Source: Owenia fusiformis
Taxonomy: Eukaryota
Direction of reading: 5' to 3'
Assembly: GCA_903813345.2 (NCBI GenBank)
Contig: CAIIXF020000001.1
Coordinates: 39,308,001-39,372,000, forward strand
Length of the DNA: 64,000 nt
In this document: one piece after another, positions 41,501 through 53,241 of the stretch
How positions within the stretch are numbered: the stretch's first letter is position 1
Layout: every line of letters starts with the position of its first letter
The notes under the pieces: generated by a model
Told to the model about the DNA's origin: nothing
The model's input: only the letters and a program-made list of their open reading frames with translations
Databases searched by the model: none
Position numbers and translations under genes: made by a program

Positions 41501-43494
41501 TCACAACAGAAGTGTAATAAACTCTGAATGTTTGAACAAACAATTTGATCATTGTGATCGTAAATCTAAAACGCAGCTGAGAAAGTGTTGATCTAATTGA
41601 CTTTTTGCTCTTGTTATTACTATCCATTGATTCTTGTGAAGAAAGGTTTGATACTTATGCAATGCATTACATCTTATTAATTAAACAACATGGCAGGCTT
41701 TTTGATGTCACCACAACTACAGGGAAGTGGTGACGTGCTGTAATAGCCATCCTTTTTGGTCACCTATGGTATCCTTCATTCAAAGGACTTCATTTATTAC
41801 TCAATTCAAAGAATGGAAAGAAGTGAAATACACTTAGACGAAGGATTACCTATGGTATTCTGTGCCAGCTTCTAACAAAATGTTACACTTTTGTAGTAGG
41901 AACCAAGAAGGAACATTTTGTCACGCCAATGCCTCATTATATCGTAAAAGATAGAGGAATGGAATACAAAATCTTCGGGTATATAAATGCTTATAGAAAC
42001 CTGAAGGTGGAAGGTCAGCGCGTAGGTCAAAAGTGTTTTACCCAAACTGTCACCGGTACCCGTCGAGGGGGTGGGGCTATTAAACTGTAATATGGTCTCT
42101 ACTAGGCAGAGTGTAGTTTAACTAGACTCTGCATGCAGGGTAAAGAAAATTGTAACATTTCATTTAAAAATTGAAAATATGAAGAAACTTTAAGGTATGA
42201 AACCTAGGGAGTGTGACTGAGCCTAACTGCTTCAATTCTAGCTCTGTGAGCCTTTTCTGTGTGTTTAACTTTACTATCTCTATTGATCATATTGATTAGT
42301 CCTCCTACATTGATTGCTTCTTTGGCAGGTACATTCCCTTCGCAATGTTTTACATTGTCAGAAGTAGTGATCATGCCTATTTTTCTCTCTCCCAAGGAAA
42401 TATCAAAATAGATGACGTATCATCCATTTAAATGCATTGATCATTCTTTGTTCTTTAGAAATGAATTGATCTCTGCTATCTGTTAATGAATCTAACAATA
42501 CTGAGGGCACTATGACATTTGTATAATACCTTGTGCCAGAAGAAAGCTAATGTACCATTCTGGGGACTGGCAATATCTTCATATTCTGTGGAAAGATTGG
42601 CCCTATGGTATATAATTAGTAGACACAAGTCTCTGTTTTCTTATATGTTTTCATGAGCTTTTTGCATAAAATACTTTGAAAGTTACAATCTTTCAAACTC
42701 AAAACTGGTTTTGAAAAATGACCCATTTTATGTAAAAATGAATATCTACAAAAATGAATAATTAGAACAGCATTATTTTGTGGCAGTTTTAGCATTAATG
42801 CTAAAATGATAGCAAGTGATATTTCTTGTTAATGTAAAACTGGTAGACACTTCTAACATTGTTGACTTTTATTATCTCCCAAGAGTAAGATTGGTTTGCT
42901 TTAATAAATTGCCCTTGTTTGGGATTGTGTTTCTTGTAGACCTGATTAGCTGAAATGAAATTCTATAAGATCGAATTGATCAACATCAGTCATGGGAGAT
43001 GTCACCAACTCTTAATAGTTGACTGTTGTGGTCAGTTGGGAAATCAGTAATATTGGTTTGTCAGAATTGGTCAAATCATGTTTCATTTCTATGAACCCAT
43101 TTGATAACATCGTTTAATACAGTAACACATATCAAATCTTTTTGATTTTGTGAATATTATGTTGGTCGTTTGTAGCTTTTACAAAATAAGATTGCAGACG
43201 TGTACTGGTGATATATTAATTATTTAAATATCTTGATCTTGACTCTAAATTCAATTATCTCTTGTTCATGTCTTTTGCTCATTAATTGAATAAATGTGAC
43301 AACTTGAGCAGAAAAATCAATGCCTCTATATTGAGATTAATAGATATCTACATATGACTGCAAGCTATATTTGTTTTTAGTCTCGTCTCCATTTCATGTG
43401 ATCCTCCTACATATCTCACCTCTATAAGAGATGCAGCGGATAAGAGATATGGATCCAAGGATTTGATGCAGGACAGTCAACACCCTTGGTCTAA

Positions 43495-43741
43495 CATCCT
43501 CCGATCACAAGGCTTCAAAATCTAGAACATATTCTTTCTTTTTACCCCTGCGATAAGCAGTTACCATTTCCCCGATTAAGAACTCACAATCTGATTGGCT
43601 GTCGCAACACTGCGACAGAAATCATGTTTAAGTCATTGCGCATAATTAGATCACGTGATTCAGTTAAATCGGGCGCGTCCAAATTGGTTATAGCAGGGGG
43701 AAGAAGGAGGTACGGATTCTGGACACCTGCTTAGGAGGATG
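43495..43741. mobile_element. MITE with CA...TG termini and 8-bp TSD (hAT- or P-like)
   Basis: CATCCTCC...GGAGGATG termini, TSD TGGTCTAA at 43487-43494 and 43742-43749, and an internal IR cccctgcgataa / ttatagcagggg. Confidence 0.85.
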
Positions 43742-44524
43742 TGGTCTAAGGGTACTTGTATATTGCTCTCTATAACTGCTAATGAAGCCTGATCTTGAAG
43801 GATGGACTGTTGACTGATGACAAGTCCGACCAGATGCTAGTCTTGAATACAAGCTAGAAAAACCAATAGTATTTTGTCAAGTTGTTTCATAAAAAAGCTC
43901 ACACCTGAGTATTCTTCAGGCTTGTATGTTAGACGAGTGCTAATGATGTACAATATACAACTGATTACATCTTCGCATTAAGGTCTCTCGTTAATTAATT
44001 CAATCATCAAAAGGGAATGCCCTTGTTATATGTATGAATCACTTCAAAAAGAACTGGACCATGCTGATAGAGCTGCTTTGCTACAATACAAGCTTTGCAA
44101 CTCTCTGAATTATCAAACTAGAATGCATTTACTAAACCATCATTGCATTTCTGTATGAAGAAACACGAGAGACGAGTCAAGATGACCAAAATGTTCAAAT
44201 TATTATTAACATGTATAAAGGTTATAAATTGAGGTTGGGACACACAGTGAACCAGTCCCAAAACCATTAAATGAGAAAAATGCATTACTCTTCCGGGTTT
44301 TGAATGAGAAATTTGGGGTTTTCGTGCGAATATGATATTATTATACATTGCTAATAATTTTATATCTTGTACTAAATATATTGAGCAATAACTTTATTTG
44401 AATATTTTTAGAAAGAGGGATTTTTAGCATTTATATTCCTATCGTGATCAATATGCTTGGTGAAGAATATTTTGTCGTTAGTGAAATATTATTTTTTCCA
44501 TGTACAGTGTTACTCAGAGGTTTT

Positions 44525-44595
44525 TGTTAATGGCTAAGATGTAGCATGTCTTCCTTTTGTGCACGAGGTCCTTGGTTCAATTCCAAGTTGGGATA
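44525..44595 (+). mobile_element. Degenerate tRNA-like head (Pol III B box)
   Basis: GGTTCAATTCC B box at 44574-44584 with a weak A-box-like tggctaagatgt at 44531. Confidence 0.45.
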
Positions 44596-44599
44596 AATG

Positions 44600-44705
44600 A
44601 ATAAACACAAGGAGCTCACGCGTCTCGAACTCACTACCACATGGTTATGACGTCATCGCCTAGCTGAGTTCGTTCTGGCGCTCTAGACCATTCGGCCAAC
44701 TCGGC
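44600..44705 (-). mobile_element. tRNA-derived SINE head or tRNA pseudogene
   Basis: The minus strand reads GCCGAGTTGGCCGAATGGTCTAGAGCGCCAG... (A box, Leu/Ser-tRNA-like D arm) and GAGTTCGAGAC (B box, 44632-44622). No complete cloverleaf is seen. Confidence 0.7.
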
Positions 44706-47700
44706 AACCCCAAAAAAGGTTGTTTATATTTTATAATTAAGAAATAGATAACCTGGTTGGTCTACAACTCATAAAAGACAGCGAAGATTTGTATGTTTGT
44801 TTATCAGGATGCATGGTTCCTTTATGGGTCTGTCTTCTGTGATCACATGTGTAAACTTTAACAAATATTGGATATATACCCAGGAGATATTGCCCACCTT
44901 CATTGGTTGTAAACACAATTTAATACAAAAAGCCTTTTGTTTTTTCCTTTTTATTATTCATATTTGCATAGAAACAGTCAATATGCCTACAGAAAATGTT
45001 TTTCATATTAAAACATATCTACTTTTAAGAACCTATATGAAGAAAGTAAAGAAATGTAGGGGCTTTCCTTCGATTACGAGTACAGATATCCCAAGTTAGG
45101 TGTATCATTGACGCTACATCTTAGATTTGAAGTGGGTTGAGCTCTTTCGGGAAAATCAATGAAGTAATAAAGTTGAGATTGTTTTATCTTGAAGTATTGA
45201 CATATTATCTGGCAAAGTCATGTTACAATTTGTCTCTTAGTTTATACTTCAAGGGACTTTGGTTTTTTACAAACATCCAATATATTACATGATAGTCTTT
45301 ATAACAATGTATTTAGAGTCAATCTTAAGCTTAGCTGAGGTCAATGCTTTAGAAGGGTTTTGGTGAGGAGGACTCGTCTATCTACCGGCTGAAATATATA
45401 GCGCGATAATAACAATATCATATATTAAGAACATGTCTTCTCATTTCTAAACATATCTAGAAATGGGAAGAGAATTTATGAAGATTTCACCGGGCCATAA
45501 TATATGATTCATATAACCTTGGCCATGATATTATGTTTAAACAGGTAACGTCACCCGAAATAATGAGGCAAAGTTCCGATATGTAGAATACTTAACACGT
45601 AAGTATGGTCAGGTGTACTACAGCCTCTCACATGCCCTAATGACATTCATACAGACTGATTCAAATTTGAACTTAAATATTTAGTGCTAGGGTATTCAAA
45701 ATGATACCCTTTCCAAGAAGTTAATTGTTATTGCTTCTAGACTCTGAACTTTTGGGTATTAAAATGGTGATCTAACAGGTTTAATGAGTGTATATGGAGA
45801 GTTGATTCGGTTTTGTCTCAGAATTATGATCAACTGAGTATGGTTCATTTTGTCATCATTTCGTATGGTTGTATAGATGCATGTGCTAGGCTGTAGGCTA
45901 TGTACCTCTGTGTGGTTGGTATATATACCTTGCCCATAATTAGAAAATTTTACTTGTAATATATGCAACACCAGACCTTGCTCTGATTTACTCGCAATCT
46001 TTCCATTTCAGCTTGCTGTTTTGACAAATTGTTTTCCCTTCTTGGCATATAGGAAATTGATATAAATTCACTCATTGACTCACAACTTTAAATGTTTGAT
46101 TAAATACAAAACATGGCAAGAAACAGCTAAGAGCACAATCATTCTATGGGAAAACAAATCCCCAATTTCCCATACTCATCAAGAGCTTTATTGTAAACTG
46201 CAGATTATTTATGGACATAGATTGACCAAAAAGTCGCACGTTAATTTGCTTACAATTGATTCTTCCTTCCTGCCTTGTGTACTAATATTTACACAGGCTT
46301 TATTTAGTGATAGATTTCCTATTGTTGGATAACTACTTTGTCTAATGTATCGATACACTTTGCACCTACTCATAGGTTTGGTTTGGATTTATTCCTTTAG
46401 AGAGTACTTGTTCAATATATGTAGGGCTTTCTTTAATGCTCAATTTTGTGCTCGGGTGCATTCATTCCATTGGGGAAACTTTGTTACTCTCGATATGTCC
46501 TTACAGTATCTGGGTTATCGATCTAAGTCCAAGATCATCCTTATGTTTTCAGGATATATTACTCTCTGAATCACTTATTGTGATGTATTGATCTTTGATC
46601 ACACCAACTGGCTTATCCTTTTCATTATGATTAATAAAACAGTGATAAACAACAAATCAGTGGTAAGATTTTATGATTTGCTATGAGACATATCAGGATG
46701 AAAAATGGCTGATGATAAATGTTAGACCAAGATTTGTAGAATGTGCATCAAAGGCAAAAATGAGAAACTGTCAAGTTAATTTAATACAAGAGCGCCGAGG
46801 AACATAAGTGTGTCTTTATCTCATTTAACTAAATATGTGCATTTATCAGCAAGGCAGACTAAGTGTTTTTTGTCGGTGTAATGGAGCGCGTGATTGGCTG
46901 TGGTATATACATGGGACTTCTCTGGCCATAATTTCATTCATTTTCCACTGCATTGGGCAAATTATCTGTGATATCAGTTGCTGTTACATAGATTTAATTA
47001 TGGCTAAACCTAGAGTACTTAGTGCTGTATTTACATGGTCATCTCAGTCAGAGGTTAAAGAATCTTTTTACTCTTACAATCGTATCTTGAAAGCAAAGTG
47101 TCTCTAACTCCTCTCATTTGGTACATCAGGATTGCCAGAAATCCAAGTCTGTCACTTATAAACTGGCAAAGTTTAATTGCAGTGAAACAGTTCTCCCTGA
47201 CTCATCTATCTTACAATAAGTATACGGCTTTTGTATTTGAATACAATACAAAATAGACCTTTTAACCTATACTAGTGTCTGTTGTTATTTTTTAATTTCT
47301 CCGAGAATAAGTCCTGTGCTACCACTTCATTGAACGTGATATTTTTCAATTAATATTACGAAAGCTGACGCTGCACCAATTTGAGAGAATTTTGACCTTT
47401 TTAGAATATTTTGATTAAATGATGCAAGTTACAGAATTCTGTGGAACTATAAAATAATTTCATGTTTTATTTTATCAATTCTTTATTTGGTTAAGATATC
47501 CACACCTGTTTCAATATACATGCATTTCCTTTTCTAGTACGTAATTAAATCTTTATTTGAGTAATACCCTATGAAACATCAAAGACTGGATAATTGTTGC
47601 ACTATTTATCACATTTATCACGCAGGGGTTTGCATGTAAAACTATTGATAAAACATGCTTCCTTTCTGAAAATATCACATTTCTAAAAACAAATAGAAAG

Positions 47701-48800
47701 TTAACAAGTGGGAAAATCAAGTTCATGTCTTTAAAATTCAATCTTCAGTATGTTTAGTTGAAGAATTATCAGTTTTAACATGATTCTGTCAAAGGTTAGG
47801 CATATTATTTGGGGTGTTGTTGGGTTTCAAAAAGGATGAAAAGTGAGATCAGAGCAGGTCTTGTGTGTTTTCTCTTAAGGGAACATATCAATATATCGAT
47901 TTCTATAAGAAATGTAAGCAATTATGTAACATGGGTAAGAGGCCTCTTTCATTAGCTAGGGGTTAATCAAATTGAAAGAGTAGAAAGCCTCCATGTAGCA
48001 AACAAAATATCTTATTTCACAATGCAGATCAGCTCATCACGATTATGTTTTTGAGAGGGGGGCAACCCAGAATTTAGTTACTTCTTATCCTAAATCTTTA
48101 TATGGATATTGACACATTCCCTTAGATTATATTATTTACTGTTCTATATGATGAAACAAGTCACTCATACTTGACATCTTCAATTTCAAATGAATTACCG
48201 AAAATACATTGAACTTAACCAGTTAAAGACTACATTCATTCTATAATAATGTTTCTTCTTTCAAAGTCATTTCATCTAAAAGGCACCATTTTCATTTGTA
48301 TTTGCCATCTGATCCATAGCTTTTAAAAAAGATATTTTGATTTCATTTTGAAAAAAGCTGTTTCTCATTACAGAAACATATTTTTCAAAATCCAAGATCA
48401 AATCGGTTCACCTTTATGATACATGTTCCTTTGATTTTCTTGAAATTTATCTCTAATGAATGTGTTCAGTGTGTAATAAAGTACAATGGGTTCTATTCTA
48501 CAGATGGCTAAGTTCAGGGAGGTTTGTTTGACATTAACTTTTTAAAGTTAATTCTCAGTAATTTTTTGTGTGCTCTGTTTTTTGGATATAATCACAACAA
48601 TGAACCCCCTGCTGAAATTCCAAATAACTGAGTCTGAGAAAATATCTTCCGTTTGGATGTCTCGGTTGAAATTACCCATTCATTCAACAAATATACTCAC
48701 TTTGTCAAAATTGAATTTTAAAGTGAGTACAGGAATTGTCCTCCTTTCCTGATATATACTCTGTGAATTTATACTAAGTTTACTGTTCTGTAATTTTCAG

Positions 48801-49100
48801 ATCCTCCGAGGATTACTCTAGCACCAGTAGACCAGAAGGTTGTGGAGGGTGGTATAGTGAGCTTCATATGTAAGGCAACAGGGAACCCAGCCCCAGACAT
48901 ATACTGGCAGAAAAATGGCAAACGACTTACAGGATCAAAATCACGGTATATCAAGAAAGAAATGCCCCATGGGTCAGTCCTGAGAGTTGAGCCAGTGAGA
49001 ACACGAAGGGATGATGCTGACTTTGAGTGTGTGGCGGAGAATGGGATCGGGGAACCGGTACTTGCGAGAGCGAGATTAACAGTCTATGAAGAAAATAAAG
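48801..49100 (+). CDS. Lar: LAR-family RPTP exon, Ig-like domain 1
   Basis: Acceptor taattttcAG|48801, donor G|GTTTGT, 300 nt, phase 1-1. Encodes DPPRITLAPVDQKVVEGGIVSFICKATGNPAPDIYWQKNGKRLTGSKSRY...LRVEPVRTRRDDADFECVAENGIGEPVLARARLTVYEENK, an I-set Ig domain closely resembling Lar/PTPRD Ig1. Confidence 0.97.
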
Positions 49101-50589
49101 GTTTGTTTCGATTCTAGTAGTCATCTTTGATTTTTTTCATTTTTTTATTTACATTATAACATTCTCTTCCTTAAGTATGACTATTCAAAAGTGTATATTA
49201 CTATATTATTTGGTACTTTATTAAATCATCCATACTGCATTGATTCTGTCTTGTCCAATCAACCTTTAGCATGTTTGAGAATGAGATATTTTCAATCTAT
49301 TCTTGCAGCTTGAGCGGATGTGGATTTTCAATGACCAGAGTAAAGTTTTGTGTTTTCAGTGACATTTCTTTCAGCACATGGTTTTCCTGATCGTAACCAG
49401 CCCTACAAGGCAATAGTTTCATGCATACCACCATTCATTTTCCTTAGTTTTTGCTGAGGTTTTCTTTTACTTTGATGTTATTTTGCCTGTTTTCTATTGC
49501 TGTTGTTAATAAAATGCAACCAGGCTGGAAACATTGAGACCTGTTCTGTAAATAGGACCTATGGTCTCTGCCTATAGATAAAATTTCACTTTCACAGTTA
49601 TTACTGTATCTGTTTCGTGAGGATAATAAGAGCTGTGATAGGTAATAAATTATCTCTATTTTTTAGGTAACATTCATCAATGGAGGGTTTCTTTTGTTCT
49701 TTTGTTTCTTTTGTGTCGTGCATTATCTATTGTCTCAATTTTTAATTGTGGAGTAGAAAGAGAAAACTGAAGATTTTGAAAGTATAACAGAAGTAAAGGG
49801 TAGTATATGAGGATCTATCCTTTTTCAAAAGTTTGTCTTGTATCTGCAAAAGAGGTCTTCCATTTTATTACTAGCCCCTGCATGGGATTCAGGTTGATGG
49901 GTAATAAGTGTAGATCAAAGGTTCATCTCTTGTTCAAGGAAAGTAGAAGAAGCTCTCATTTTAAAATGTGAAACTTAACTCTTGAAAAGGGTAGGATTTA
50001 GGGAATTGTGGGGATTTAGGGAATTGCTGTCCATGTGGAGTACATAACAGTACATAAGTGAATGGATGTACTTAGCATATGAAGATGACCTATCAATATC
50101 TTTTCATGTCTCATTTTGGATAGTTATTCTTTGATTATTGTGCAAAAAATAAATTGAATTACACGTATTGGAGTGGTAACTGTTATTACTGGTGACATAA
50201 TTTTTTCTTTGTAGTAATAGTGTTTCAATAAGAACAATCGAATGTTTTAAGTTGAAAGTGTTGCCTTTAATTGAGCCAAAGTTGTGAAAATATATTTTGC
50301 ATAACAAGCCAAGTGTTTCTAATTTCTCATAGGTTACCAATGTAGCGTAGACGCCCCCTGACCTATGAAGAAAAACACCTTCTGGAAAGACATACAAGTC
50401 AATTAACTTTTCAGGAAGCTGCTTTTCTTAACTTCTACCATTAAAAGAGTACGAGTTCTTGGTAGATAAATATTGATGGAATATTGTGTAACACATTTGG
50501 AACATTTATTTTGAAAATAAGGAAGCCATCAAGAAGGAGATGAGGCTGTCTCAATTTACTAGAACAAACATATACTATATAATATTTTG

Positions 50590-51210
50590 TTTTATTAACT
50601 TCCATGGTATGAGCTATTGTAATCACCCACATGTCTGTCTGTCTGTCTGCTCATTTGTCTGTTTGTCAACATATTGATGGCTTATTTGAAATCCTACATG
50701 AAAATTAAAATGGTTTCACCTTTAAAATATGTTAATTTAAAGTCTTTATTTGTCCCATAAGTGGCATCTCAAAAACTCGACTCATTTCAAAATGGCAGCC
50801 ATTTTTATTGGCGAAAAATGAGGTTTTTAGCTTTTCTTGATTATAACTACCCACGTAGTCTACTTTGCTTGAAATTTTACAGGTATCTTATTTACAATAA
50901 TGTTTAGAAGTTTTGGCAAAAGGTGTTTTAAAATTTCAAAATTGCCACCTTTTCCTGGCAAAAATTCATGTTTTTGGCCATATTGGTTATAGTATGTACC
51001 TCATTTCATAGGTTACACTTCCGATCCTTTATCTTAACATGGCTTTCAAAGGTTAACACATCCTCCAAGGTTCCAGACATCATCCACAAAGTTCCTTCCT
51101 TCTTCCAAGAAGGAGGTACGAGTTCTGGAGGCCTGTGTTCGGAGGATGAGGTTAACAGTGGTCCTTTGAAAGCTCTAACACCAATGGGCCCAGTACCTAT
51201 GGTACTATTT
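50590..51210 (+). mobile_element. Helentron-associated (HINE/DINE-1-like) non-autonomous element
   Basis: T-rich start, gagctattg subterminal motif, (GTCT)n microsatellite at about 50632-50649, and a 3' stem-loop AGTACC-tat-GGTACT (51192-51206) followed by T-rich sequence. This is the HINE/DINE layout. Confidence 0.6.
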
Positions 51211-52288
51211 ATTATAAGTTAAGATGTTCTTGGATGGTATGTTAAAATAGATTTCTATTTGTTTTGTATATTTTGATCAATTCAGCAATTGCTGCATTGT
51301 TGTTAATTTCAAAAACAATTAGTTCATAAAAATTAGTATCCTGTATCACGCCAATCTTTTCTAATAATCGTGAATAATTAATTGAGAAATACTAGAAGAA
51401 ACCTGATCTTATTGATGTATTCCTCTTCCTCTTTTATGACAAATATTTTCTTTATCGAACAAATCGCTGAATGAGATTCCCAATACAAACATAACAATAG
51501 TCGAAATCAAAAAATCAGACAATAGTCAAAATGCAATTTTCATGTGACTAATTCGTTGACAGGAAGTTCATTAAAATTACACCAGAACATTCCAATCCAA
51601 ATGTGATAAATATTTTGATTAATTTAGGGAGGATATATAAAACAGTATACCTCTTGATTAAGGGGTGATACTTTGAGCTGTCAGCATGGAAACTGGTCTG
51701 GATAAAAACATTACTCTGTGCAACTATACAGGGGAATTAGAGGGGGGGGTTATTTTAGCAATCAATATGATTTGTTCCAGAGTGTGTTTATGTGTAAGTT
51801 GAAAGATAAAAAGACTTCTGGAAAGTGTGTAGATGCATATGTGTTCAGTCTGCTGCTATATCGTCTTTTCTCCATTATTTTCTTAGTATATTGGTGGTAG
51901 ATTGATTTTGCAGTAGGGGATCTAGATTAATCAGGCTTAGTGTTCATCAAGTCCTTCTATTAATCCCTACTTCTAAAAAAAACATTTGGTACAACGCCCA
52001 GTCTGCCTTTGTATACAGTCCTTGGATACAGGTTATCCTGAACACATGGAAATGGCAATTGTAGAACCTGCAAATGAAAGATTGCATGTTGAGAAACAAT
52101 CTGTATTTGTCCCATTGTACACAAATCTGCTCGTTGTAATTATTTTATAATTCCCAAAGAGATCTATATTACTGCACTTGTTTACCTCTCCTCAAAAAGG
52201 CAATTTTAAGCAATTTTGCCAATGAATGATTGAGTCTGGATTCAAAGTAGCAATTTTAATGAGAGTTTATCTGTAGTTAGAAAGAAGA

Positions 52289-52325
52289 TTCTGTTCTGTT
52301 CTGTTCTGTTCTGTTCTGTTCTGTT
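52289..52325. repeat. (TTCTG)7 microsatellite
   Basis: Directly visible. Confidence 0.95.
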
Positions 52326-53096
52326 AAGATAGAGTTTTGACCCTTGGTAAAGCTAAAATGTTATTTTGTCTCTCATTTTATTTATTTTTTATTTTTTGTT
52401 GTCTGAAGCTTAAATTAATTTTCTGTAAATGAAACAGTGCTTGTAATAAGGATATATTATTGAGTTGTGATACTTCTATTTTGGTACAAGTTGCTTCATT
52501 CACTTTAGATCAGTACCAGTCATTTTTATAAGCATCATCATTATTTGACATTGCCACTCTGATTTACTCTGTCAATGCCCGTTTGATTGCCCAACTGCTT
52601 AAATGACATTTTATTGATGCTGCTTTAATTAAGCTATTTAAGGCAAAATGATGAGACTCGTGTTTGGTTCATTCTCTCAATTGTTCGGGTATAAATCAAT
52701 TATTAATTTGTTCAGTGAATTTGGTCAGTCTCTAAAGCTGTCCAAACAATTCCCTTTACAGGGTTATGCAATTAAGCAACATTCTACTGAGAAAACAGAG
52801 CTAAGCAGCATCTTGACTTGTTCATAGTATTTCTTTCTATAGAAAGGAAATGATGGATCAACAGGGCACTCATATACTGCAATTTAATTAAGAATGTGTA
52901 AATATAGACAAACTTCTAGTTGGTTATTTTTGTGTGTTTTCTTTGGTTGTATTATATATCATTCGTAGACCTGGGACCCATGTTTTATTGGTCTCATTTC
53001 ACAAATTAAGCCCCATTTTCTTTTATTAGAAATTAGGTCTTATTTGAGTCTCTTAAATGGGGCTAAATATTTGGAAAAAGCCAGAAAGTTGTATAA

Positions 53097-53241
53097 TGCC
53101 TCAGTCACATTTGATCTATGGGAACTGTACGGCAGCCATAGCATAAAATATAGGGATAAGCGGTACAATGTAGATTTTCTATTCAATTTTGTGAAGCTAC
53201 TGCCGCCATTGAACCTCCGTAGAGCAAATGTGACTGAGGCT
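53097..53241. mobile_element. Short PIF/Harbinger-type MITE
   Basis: TIR GCCTCAGTCACATTTG / CAAATGTGACTGAGGC, extending imperfectly inward. TAA at 53094-53096 and 53242-53244. Confidence 0.85.

Noticed and set aside
44600..44705. Functional tRNA gene
   Set aside because: The acceptor stem and anticodon arm cannot be folded, so it is treated as a SINE head or pseudogene.
2485..47741. The many 60-120 aa ORFs in the supplied track before the Ig1 exon
   Set aside because: No recognisable domains, composition typical of AT-rich intron, and many overlap MITEs or minisatellites. Only the ORFs at 48842, 55880, 59560 and 62494 overlap real exons in the coding frame.
48769..48954. Minus-strand ORFs at 48769-48954 and 62424-62651
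   Set aside because: Antisense shadows of the real Ig exons.
20941..49670. Other AG|GT ratchet-like sites (20952, 21106, 25230, 49666)
   Set aside because: Short pyrimidine tracts or non-consensus donors. Such sites are expected by chance in tens of kb of AT-rich DNA.
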